Shown here: in pieces, positions 37,986-49,894 of the stretch | Layout of the letters: every line of letters starts with the position of its first letter | How positions within the stretch are numbered: the stretch's first letter is position 1 | DNA from: Mytilus trossulus | Lineage: Eukaryota | Direction: 5' to 3' | NCBI RefSeq assembly: GCF_036588685.1 | Contig: NC_086373.1 | Span: 77,066,001 to 77,130,000, forward strand | Length of the DNA: 64,000 bases | The notes under the pieces: generated by a model | What the model was told of the DNA's origin: nothing | Databases searched by the model: none | Seen by the model: the letters and a program-made list of their open reading frames with translations, nothing else | Made by a program: the position numbers and the translations under genes

Positions 37986-40900
37986 AGCTATCGACAACCA
38001 AGGACTAATTAATAAAGGTGTTGATTGAATTGTTTGACAAAATGATATGGTTGAATGGCTTCCACTAAATGTCACATACAGGAGTTATTTACCACTTTTC
38101 GACTCACGTGTTTGAAGAACTCTTTTGACGTCTCCTCTCCATGTAAAGATAGTTTAGAAAAGAAAGCTGTTGTTGTGACAATAAATGTTAAAGGGCAAGA
38201 AAAATCTACGATTTAAAACTTGAATTATCCTTTGACTTTGATGTAAGTAATTGATCAGTGAGACTACTATAAAGTCGTTTGAGTGACACGCGTGTTTCAA
38301 GCAAGTTTTACGTCTCAACTTTTTCATTTAAGATGGTCAAGATGGTGGTTATGAAGAAAAGGGGGGGGGAATGCATTCTGGCGTCACAATTTCAAATGAC
38401 ATAGGATAACATATGATCTGTCCATATACATGTATGAGGGTAGAAATGGGGGTATCTTATTGAAGTATTCTTGCCAAATGAAGATTAAACAGTAATTCTT
38501 AGACATGACCATAAAAGAGGGGGATAGGACCTTTATCGGGACACCGGGATCGGGTGTTTTTAAGCTCGGGATTATACCCCCTCATAAAATGTACACTTTT
38601 TTCAAGACGATTAAAAAATCAGCTGAATTTGACAAATCACACTATTTGTTTTCCAAAAATAACCGTAATTGGATGGGGGTTCTGTGTATTCACATTATTT
38701 GAACAACTCTCCTTGGGCCGAGAAAAAAAAGATCTGTGTTTCAGGTAACCTGACCGACCCTGTGTTTTAGCCCCGACCCTAACTTTTTTATTGGATCTTT
38801 CAAAAAAAAAAAAAAATAATAATTATCAACCGCCCGTGTTTTTGACACAGGCTTCTGATAAAGGACATAATATTTTTTCTCTCTTGCTTCCTCTTGCATA
38901 GAAAGCCAGTAAAACATTTTATTAATGTCAAAAGGTATTCCAAATAGGTTAAAATCCAAGAAATTTGCACAGCAGGTGCTTCAAAAACATTGCAAATGGC
39001 CCAAGACCACAATAAATGACCCCGCTTTTCGTTGTTCACGAATGTAGTTCCTTTTAATTAGAGTGTATTTTTCCTTATTTTTTTTCTTTCCCTTCCCCAC
39101 TCATTTCTTAAGATTTTATTCTGTGGAAATGAAAGATGAGAGGTAAAATAATTTTTTGGATGTTGTATTTAAACTCATTTTGATATGGAATGAGTGATTA
39201 GGCCAAGTGCAAAAAGTTCATATTTACAGTTTTCGGATCATCTCTTGACTTGTCCATAGGGGTATGGATGTATATTGGCTAAATTTGTAAAAGTGATTGC
39301 TTCAATCTTTCTGAATATTGGATATATTTTTGGACTAGTGCTATACATAAGACACACAAAAAAATTGACAAAAGTGCATGGTGCAATTTTTTTAATGATA
39401 CAAAATGTTCTAAAGAAATGATAGAGAAATTAATTGTGGTCTGTGGCCAAATGGCACACTTCCCGTTTTTGAAACTAATTATGGATCCAGACTTGGAAAA
39501 AACATGATAAATACTCAATAACTCAAATATGAAATTTTGAATCATCACCAAAAAGTATACAGATATCAGTAAGATTAATGTAACTAAGAAGTGTTTAAAG
39601 TTTGAAGCCATTATCAAGAATTGTTTTTGAGATACGGTGTGACATGTGAAAAAAACACCCCCCTGTTTAAGTTACAATGTGCCGTAACTCAAAAAGTTTT
39701 AATCTTATTTTCACCAAAAAGTATACAGATCATGTGACCATCATAAGAAACAACTATATTAAGTTTCATGAAATTTGGATAAGTCGTTCTCAAGTTATGG
39801 TGCCACATGTTTACGCTGGACAGACAGACGGACACCTGACATTTGTATACCATAATACGTCCCGTCTTTGACGGACGTATAAAAAGCAGTACTAAGCGTG
39901 CATGTTACGCTAGAAACATATTCAAAGAATAAAGTTTTATAACTTCTTAATGTCATATCCAATATTTATCAAAACCTAAAGGGGAGTTACATGTATCTTA
40001 CTTCCTATATTTTTTCGTGGATGTCAATACACCTAATCGCTATATATTCCATACTGGATAAATTCTAAAATTACACAACTTTTTCATCCAGTTGAAGCTA
40101 TCTGGGGGCTGTTGAAACAATTCACCATGCACAATACTTTTTAATGAGACCCGTTTTAACTTATTGTAAATACTTTAAACAAAATAATTTTTTACTTCAA
40201 TTTTCAATTTCGAAAAATAGTGGATCATACTCTATTAAAGTTTCTTGATGATCGCTTTCTAAAGTTTTTCCTCCCTCAGCTCTCTAGTAAAAAAACCTTT
40301 ATTTTCAGTCGCATGACCCAAACAGAAAGTTGTACATACAGTGTATGACTGTTTTTCCCAGATTGGACAAATAGCGATAATTAAATAAAGTGTAATTTCC
40401 GGGATTGTTGAAAACTTGCATTTTCATCCCTATCTGATTTTGTGGTTTTAACAATCCAGACAGACAAATAGCAATAAGGTGTTTAGGAAAACATGACCTA
40501 AAACCTCCTTCATATAAGACAAAAAACATGGGAACTCATACTGGATGGTCAAATGTGTGCAATATGAAAATTTCAGTTAAGATGGTAAAATCACAAATCA
40601 GCCGTTAATGTAAATGGACTTTAAGTATGACTTTGGAGCAAATTTAAAGGGAAATGACGGGGAAGGGGCAAATTAGCTCTCAAGGGGAGCAAATGCTGTT
40701 TAAATTGGTAAGCGGGTTTTAAATATAGAGGGAAAGTGGAGTCATCTTTTTTGACTTTAGTTACATGTAAATATAACTTATGTAGACTTACCTTCTAATT
40801 CTATAGACTATTAAAAAAAAACCACACACAACTCGGAACTATTTCTAATTCACTTGGACTACTGATATGCAAACCTAAAAACAAAAACAAAAATATCATA

Positions 40901-42743
40901 AAATAGTGATTGAAAGATTCATAACACTTTGAAAGGATAATTCAGACACGTGACGTGTTACACGGGGAGCATGTTTGTTTACAAATAATAATGTCACATG
41001 ATCGCGCACTGACCTCGCATGCTGCATCACCCTTACAATTCACTAATACATGTACATAACCATTTTCATGCAAACATGCAACGTGAATGTGATTGGTTAT
41101 CAAATAATACAAAAATAATGCATAAACCGTTGAAGAAGAAATTATTTCATCAAATAGATTGGATTTTCACTTTCGACACGAATTATAGGTCGAGTTGACA
41201 TTCCTGTCATCGGAGATAGTATTGAGATAAATGGGATAAAACGGACCGTCAAAAAGGTCTAGAGAAGCACATCAGTAGAACCTTAACATAAATAAGTAAT
41301 ACTTACCAACATTTCTCTAATTGATAACATATAGAACTGAAATTACACAAAATACCGGTAAATAATTTTGTTGTGATGCTGGTAAATTGGCGCTAAATAA
41401 ATATTCTTACTCCTATTGCTTCATGTAAAAAAAAATGTATAGAATTGAATTCGACTACAGTTCAGAATAAAAAAAACGTGCATATGCAAAAGCAGGTAAT
41501 ATGTTAATGATAAAGTGTGTATAAATTTTCGTAAACGAAGTTACCCGTATACTTCACCAAGAATTACATTTGAGCGCAAAGTTCTGTATGTGTGATAGAT
41601 TTGGTTGGTTTATGTAACATAATTTAGACTGGGATCCTGGCTAATCTTGATCTTACGACGCGCAGCTAGATTGGGCCGGATCCCAGACTAATGTAACATC
41701 GTAGAACTCAAGGTAACGGATTTTTTTGCGTTGCTATCAGATGATTGAGGCCATCTATTTTTATTGCGGGTTCCACATATTTCCAGCAAAATATAAATAG
41801 GATGGAGGATCTGTGTATTCACATTATTTGTAAAACTCTCCTTATTCATGTGAAGCGTGTGCTTTACATCGAGGCTTATTCTTTACATCGAGGCTCCTTA
41901 TTATGCTAATCATTGACGCCACTGTACTTCAACCAAGCAGACAATGTTTATTTGGGGCATTCGATCGATTTTTACTCAGATTTTGGAATATTTCAATCGA
42001 AATTATAGAAAAATGGAATGTTGCTGGTACATATAAAATAGAAAATGATGAATACTTTTAGCTAAAGATAATTTGGATGGGGGTTCTGTGTATTCACATT
42101 ATTTGCACAACTCTCCTTACTGATGCCATATTTTGGAATTTCCGTGACCTAAATGGTTCGCGAAAATTAATATTTTTATATATAGTATAGTAATAAGCCA
42201 CACGCATGCAACGGCACGTAATAGTCAGAGTTGTGACTGAGTGCGGAAATATGAAGATAGTAACTCGAAAATGATACAATTAATCCTGGACTGTAGTCGT
42301 TTCGAGTGGTATCGTGTGTTAGAGAAAAATGAAATAAATTTGGTGGAATCAATCACTAGAAGCCTGTGTTACTCGCTCCATGAAAAGCGTACTGTGCTCC
42401 TTGAAAGTAAATAAACATTTAAAAGTTGTAAGGTTTACCAAACTCATAGGCTGTAAATAGATAAAATTGTTTAAAGATAATGTATAGTGACTGGAAACAG
42501 ATGTAAATATAAAGCAACAAAATTTTACTGGATGAACTCCAGGTTCTCCTGATAAAGGAGGGATTTACAGAAGGTAACAGGTAACAGGAACGTGCCTTTC
42601 CCCGAACTTAATTTTCCCTCTAAACATTAGCACATGATTTCTACACAAACAGACAAACAAACTCCTAATCAACAACTTATAAAGGATAACACGATGCATG
42701 ATATAAGTCATATTACACCTAAGCGAAAGTAGCTTAAACCAAT

Positions 42744-45700
42744 ATGTTTAAAATAGATGCTTTTCGCACTAAAATGTTACGTTCGTTGATTTCTAAGATT
42801 GAAACCTGTCGAATTTTGCCATGCCATATTCATTCTCAGAGCAATAAGACAGAGAGAGAAAGACTTTTAGCAAAACTGCTAACAAAGCATTATGTGCCTG
42901 ATATCGAGACTGGTAAGAAAATATGAATGATGGCGTTATACACACTTTATTATTACTGTCATGACGTGTGAACCTCTAGTTCTGAACATCTTCTGAAATA
43001 GTCTACAGTTTTCATTGTACACACAAATGTGCCCTCTTGCTACCAAAGTGAAATTTCTGTCTTCAACACAAAAGTCTTTCAATAGTCCATTGTCAATATA
43101 ACAATTACAGTGACAGCTAGCTAGTCTCTAAAGATTTCAAACGAATGTCAAATTATAAAATGTATGCCTAAAACTTAAAAGTATAATTTTTGGCAGGAAT
43201 GAATTATATGGAAAATGAATAATGAACAATAACTATCTTGATTGGATAAATCCGATAATCCACTGGTACCAATGTAAGAACCTATATATATATATTTAAA
43301 ACGAAGGCAATTATTAGTTGATCACCCATGAGACCTGTAAAATGCATATAAAATGAAAGCAGTTTTTATCTTGGTTAAATATAAAAAATCCCACATTTAA
43401 GACTAACTGCATTGTACATGTATCATTGTTGTTAACGTAAACATTTAAGAAAATTATGTACATGATCAACATACAAAATTCTCATTTCAGTAAAAAGTTA
43501 CAAAATAAGATTTCCTGAGCCTGTCAAACTGATAGAGGGATTATATCAGCCATTGAAAGAATCACGTAGAGTAGGAGCACTATCTTTTCACTGTACATCA
43601 AAGTTTGATGGCAGATTATGGAAGGCTTGTCTCCAGTTAACATTTCCATTAAGATTTACTTGTGTTGGTGTACATTCAGACCTTGATAAAGCTAAGGAAA
43701 ATGCATACCTTGAAGCCTGTGAAATGTATTGGGTGAGTAATTATAACATTTCTTTACAAAGAAAAGAACGAAATGTCCAATTTGTTGCAGGTTTGTGTTG
43801 TTTTTTCATACTATTATTTGTATATTTTAACTAATTTTATTTGTTAAAAAAAAAGTAACATGTTCAACTGTATTTTCAAATGTTGATTGATTTTGATTTA
43901 AGTTTTGTAAATTTATAAAATGATTTGAATTAAAGTAGATATCATTTATGTATATTTTTTAATCATTTATCTGTATGATTATAAAACATCTTATTGCAAG
44001 TTGGTGTATTCATACTGCATATTGTTTATGAAATCAATAATGATACCAATAAAAACAATATTCAAAGATCTAACAACCATGATAACAGTGGTGAATTGGT
44101 AAACTTTTATATTAAGTTAATTGAAAGAAATGATAATTTTAACCAAATTGTATCTAAATCTGGTCCCAGTAAACAACATCTTTGTAAAACTAATGATGTG
44201 CTATCCTGATTAAAAAAAAAGGTACAACCAAACTTGTAAAGCATAGCTTTGTATCTATGGAAGAATTCAGTCAAGGTTTTAGGTATTTTGTGGTTACAAA
44301 ATCTCTGCCTAGATATTTTACCCATTATACACCGATAAAGCTCATTTAAATCCAAAATGTCACAAAAACCAAAAGCATAGCAAATGAGTTGGGATATAAA
44401 TATATATGAAAGGAGCATCACCATCCAAGAAAGGAATAGTATCAACAGGGAACGAAAAATGTCCTTTTTGTTATACATATTTATTTTGAAGTTATATACT
44501 CGCACAACAAAGAAAACTTCTGATGACATTTTAATATTTAATTTCATAACAGTGTTAAAGTGATACTTCATAACCTTTCTTACTGTTTTATATCCAGTAT
44601 TTAGGTCTCTTATATAACAATGGGTGTGTAACTCCAGAGAGGCTTTGGGAACTTATAGAACAGATGTATGTAGAAATTGATGGACCACAAGTCAGACGAG
44701 AAAAAAACTTTTATTATTGTACTAGTCAAATTGTTATGGATGGAATTAGTAGCTGGTTGACAGAAATTAAAATTCGCTGGCCACTGATATTATGTGTGAA
44801 TGCAACTGGAACCTCTCCATACAACAGTCAGTTTGAAGCAGCATTACTAGCTGCTATACAGCTCAAGGTTAGTCTCATCATTAAAGCCATGTGGAGGTTA
44901 AAAAAAAATGCCACTTTGAATATCAATTCACCTAAAAAAATTGGTTGCATGGGTTAAACTTATAGATTATTTTGATTTTGAAAAAGAGAGGGATTTTCTT
45001 GGATTAAGGAGGCACACGGGTACAAAAATTTTGGCAAAAAAATTAAATATTTGTTTTTTCATTACAAATTTTATTTATTTCACTATTAGTTATTACTTTA
45101 TGATAGAGTACAAAAAAAAAACAATTAAAAAAATCTATTCGGTTCAGCTGCAGATGACTTTTAAAATGTTTATATCATTGAAAAATCTCCAAATTATCTC
45201 CCTTTGGTGCAAAAATGCCATTTTTGGCAGGAAAACTGAAATATCTTTTTAAACTCAACGGTGACCTTTATTTTTATTATTGTTTTCAAATGAGCTGTAC
45301 ATAAACCAAATAATTATTAAATTTAAGCGATTTCTGTAATTTAGTTCTTTTTTTATTTTTATTTTACCTCTATTTCTCCTATTAGTTCTACAGAAAAAAG
45401 GACATTTACAAAAATGTATGCTTCTTTTGAAGGCTGTTTGTGAGCTTAAATGAGTAGTGAACATATGACCTCAAAACGGGTTTGGTTAGATCTCTCACGG
45501 GACATATCAGAAAACGGGAGCGATGAGAGATTGGTTTTTAATTAGATTGGTCTGAAACGATGTGAAAATCAATGAAAATCTAAATATTCTAAAGAAATGA
45601 AGTGGCTTTTCCCAAAAAAACTGAACTCTGAGGAAAATTCAAAACTAATCAAATGGCAAAATCAAAAGCTCAAACACATCAAACGAATGGATAACAACTG

Positions 45701-46665
45701 TCATACTCCTATTTTATACAGGCATTTTCTTCATAAGAAAATGGTGGATTGAACCTGGTTTTATAGCCAGCTTATCCTCTCACTTGTATGATAGTTGCAT
45801 CAAATTCCATTATATTGACAACAATGTGTTAACAAAACAAACAGTCATAAGAGGTGAAAATGTGAAAAATATAACATAGCTACTTTTACTGTGTCAAGTT
45901 TAAAATAGAAATGAATGAAAAATATTACATAAAAGTTTTAATATCTATAGTTTAAAGTTTTGAAAAAGATGAAGTTCTTATATGAGATATTTTACTTTTC
46001 AGTGTCATTGCTTTCTTGATGGAAAAAATAACTTAAAATCTCCACAGAGGAGAAGTCTAAGGAAAAGTGTTTTGTTTAATGAATTTGTACCGAGTTTAGA
46101 GAATTTTGATGCAGATTGTATAATTCATGTAGATGCTTCCTTTTATGGATTTGGTGCATATTTGAACATTAAAAATGAAGGTAAGGTCCGTTGGTTTACA
46201 GAACTTTGGCCGCAGGAAGTACAATCGAAATACTTGTCTTTTCAAGTTAAAACCTTCAGTTCAAGGTTTGCAGAAATGTATGCCTTTGTCACAGCCTGTT
46301 ATACATGGAAACATAAGTTTGTCAATAAGCGTGTTCTCTGTTATTCGGACTGTCTGTCAACTGTAGACATTGTAAATAGAGGATTATATGTGAACAGGAA
46401 AATATATTCTAAATATTCAAAGTTAACAAGAATTCTACAATCATTAGTGGACAATTATAACATTGAATTTTTAGCCTGTCACAAGCAAAGAGAATCAAAT
46501 AGACTAGCAGATTTGTTATCAAGACATTGTGTAGAAGAATTTAGGAAAGAAATTCCAGAAGCTTTCCAGAAATCAAAGAAAGTTAAACAACTTACATTTT
46601 GTTATCCACTGGTTGAAAATGACAGAGTAAAAAATCTAGAAAACCATCACAAAGAAACAAAATAA
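42744..46665 (+). CDS. Putative mitochondrial protein: two DHX30-like dsRNA-binding domains plus a DIRS-type RNase H domain, ~447 aa; exons 42744-42912, 43491-43732, 44598-44867, 46003-46665
   Basis: Three GT-AG introns (phases 1, 0, 0) give a stop-free 1344-nt CDS. Motifs FPEPVKLIEGLY...LQLTFPLRFTCVG...AKENAYLEACEMYWYLGLL and IKIRWPLILCVNATG...FEAALLAAIQLKCHCFLDGKNN, then HVDASFYGFGAY...AEMYAFV...SDC...H...NRLADLLSR. AATAAA at ~46915. Confidence 0.8.
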
Positions 46666-47379
46666 AAGAAAGAAAATTTTATACAGATTCATAATTAAGC
46701 TTAATATCATATGCTTATTTACTGGTTATGAGGAAAATACCAAATTTGTTGTCCCCTCACAGATGCTGTCCAGGGGACTAATTCGATTGCTTTTATTTTT
46801 TGGTCACTGTAATGAATCTCAATCATCAATGGCAAAGAATTCTATTACCTAATACATCTAATAGGTCCAATATTTTTGCTAAAAAGTCAACATTACATAT
46901 ATTTTTGTTTAAATAATAAAGGTTGATCATGTCGATTTGTCTATTCATTTTGAGATAGGAACTTAATGTTAGCTAGACTTAATATTGACTATAGAGATGT
47001 TATGAGATATTGTATAAACGAGACAGAAAATACGTCTTTTAAAGGTCTTAATAGACAAGTGTCAACAGTGTTCTAAATCATTCATAGTATAGAATAAAAT
47101 ACTTAGTCTAGTAGATTGATTGATAATTGTTTTTTTTGTCCAGTGACAAATATGCCATGCATGTTCAGGACGAGAACAACTTTTAAAATAAATGCAATAG
47201 GGATGAACTGGGAAGACTGGTGGTAAATTTGGAATGCAACTGGACAATGATGATAAATTGGATTGGAAGAGAAACTTTCCCTTGTGGTGGCCTCTAGTGC
47301 GCCACATACTAACTCCTCAGGAGTTGTTGCAAGGGTTCTTATCCCTCTACACACTGATACATAATATTCAACGTTCCCA

Positions 47380-48290
47380 TTCTTTTACAACCACAAAAAA
47401 AAATGCGTTGTATAATGCCACCATGTTATCGTTGTTATCTGCGTCCTCGTCTGTGTCATCGTCTGAAGACGCGTTTAGTTTCAGGACAATAACTTAAGTT
47501 TTAGTAAATGGACCTCTGTAATTTTTTTTCCAGAAGGTTCAATACCACTAAAGGAAGGTGGGGATTGATTTTGGGGGCTATTGTCCGAATTGTTAAAGAA
47601 TTAGGGTCCAAAAGGGGGCCCAAACAAGCATTTTTCTTGGTTTTTGCACAAGAACTTTAGTTTAATTTTCAAATTGGTCTATATTAGGGTCCAAAATTAA
47701 ACTTAGTTCGATTTTAACAAAAATTGAGTTCTTGGGGTTCTTTGATATGCTGAATCTAAACATGTACTTAAATTTTTGATTATAAGCCCAGTTTTCAAGT
47801 TGGTGTAAATGGAGGTCCTAAATTAAACTTTGTTTGATTTCAACAAAAATTGAATACAAAATGTATATGGGGTTCTATGATATGCTAAATCTAACCATAT
47901 GTATTTAGATTTTTGATATTTGGGCCCAGTTATTAAGTTGGTCAGCATTGAGGTCCAAAGGTTTCAAAATTGAATTTACTTAGATTTAAAAAAAAATGAA
48001 TTCTTGGGACTCTTCAATATGCTGAATCTAACCATGTACTTTGATTTTGGATATTGGACCCATATAAATATGTTAATGTCCAATTTAAAAGTTTTTAAGT
48101 TTAAGTCCTTTGACCACATTCATTCTGTGTCAGAAACCTGTTTAGTGTCAACTATTAAATCACAATTCAAATTCAGAGCTGTATCAAGCATGAATGTTGT
48201 CCATACTTGCCCATACTTTTCAGAGTTTGACATCTGCTGTCGTATAAAACTGTGTTTGTGGAGCATCTGGTTGCCAGATGTGGCTGCAAA
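47380..48290 (+). mobile_element. Helentron-like non-autonomous element with internal tandem repeats
   Basis: About three degenerate ~125-135-bp units (GGTCCAAAATTAAACTT...GATATGCTGAATCTAA) downstream of a CGTC/TGTC-rich head. Confidence 0.5.
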
Positions 48291-49894
48291 TTACTACTTC
48301 CTGTACAGTCAAATAGATACCCACTTTTCTAGAACTAGTCGGAAGAAAAATGCGTAGTCACCACACATCTGTGTTGACATGAATTATGATTGATATGGTC
48401 ATAATTGACTGTTTACTAAACTTGAAAAATTTCGAAATATTAATGGTTTTCTCCCCTAGGTATAGATTACTTTGAGTGAACTGTTTGACAATGCCTTTCT
48501 TAATTTTGGGTTTTCAATGCTCTCAAACGTTTTTGATGAGTTTATCTATACCTAAGTCAACCATTGGGTTCATAGTATAGATACATGGTGAATCGTTTAA
48601 CAGTGGCTACCAAAGATTTGCTATCATCACCAAAGTTTGAGTTATTATGAAAAGGCCTTGCATTAAAGCAAGATGTTGTATTGTCCTTTCATATGTCAGT
48701 TGGAAGATTTTTGATTCTACATTCACTTAGCACAACTACGCATTTGGTATTTGTTATAAGTGATTTTTTAAATTAATCTGTATATATTAATCAAACTCAT
48801 GTGAAACATGGGATTTGGCTGACAGTTTTCTTATGATTTGAATGTTGCATATATCATTACCTTGTGAGCGATCATCTCCATGGAGCTTCATGTTTGAGGT
48901 TTCATATCTCCCTTTTAATCTCACACTTTGTCATGTCAGGGGTTTTACAGCTTACTTTACTGTATGGGCGTTTGCCCTTTGGTTGAAGAAAGTCGTGCAG
49001 TGACATGCAGTTGTTAATATCTTCGTCCGTTTGTCTATGATAGTTAGTTGTCTCATTGGCCATCAACCCCCATCTCCTTATCATTTTATATAGTAAACAT
49101 TTGAAAATAGTCAAAATCATATTAAACCGACTCAGTACATAACCCGTATATTATCTTTCACGGGATTTAAAACAAATAAAAGTAAAAGACATCATTTAAT
49201 ATTTCTGTTTTCATTATAACTATACGTATAAGGATCACAAAATAAATCAATTTTGATACGAGTCTGTATCCATCAACTTGTCTCTTAGTCTTTTTGGAAG
49301 CATCGTTGTCTTAGTCAAAACCCTGAAATATAAAAATAATATACATGTTACTAGAAATGATATTACTGACAGCCCCTTCTAAATGGTTAAGGTTCAAAAT
49401 CATACTCTCATACTCTCAATCTCTACTATTTATTCAAAATTAAATCATGTAAGTTGGACCATAAACGATGTTTATTTTTGTTCCATTATTCCGAAAATTA
49501 ATCGTTTTATAAAACCTGAATGTAAACCAAATAGAATAATACGTTTTTAGATTACAATGCAGATATTTCTTTAAACGCCAGCATTGAAAGCTGGCTATTC
49601 AGTGTTGCTTTTATAATTTCCAGTAAACACTTGTTTTAAATTATACGGGTATTTATACAAGTTAGAATATGTACCGCAAATTACATAGACTTGGGGAAAA
49701 TAGTAACCAGTTTGATGGATAGACTTATCTCTTGTTAAATACCGTACATTAACTTCGAAATGTCTCTTTTGTTTTTTTTGGTTTTTGTGGAGCTGTCGCT
49801 TTGACAAACACCAAATCATATGAATAAATAAATTGCCTATCGACCGGGACTTTTTTTTAAATCTATCAATATATTCAAACTAACCTTTTTCTGT

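Noticed and set aside
37493-38008. Duplicated small ORFs (MFIYFFRVSLTLT...)
   Set aside because: They have non-ATG starts, no recognisable protein features, and result from the 330-bp tandem duplication.
40780-41450. Exons of a divergently transcribed minus-strand gene (GTAAGT donors near 41306 and 40791)
   Set aside because: No coding exons or consistent exon chain could be built, and such motifs occur by chance in AT-rich DNA.
45982-46665. Stand-alone DIRS retrotransposon or single-exon gene
   Set aside because: No RT, tyrosine recombinase or terminal repeats are adjacent. The ORF's first seven codons are a polypyrimidine tract and acceptor, and the exon splices in frame to upstream exons.
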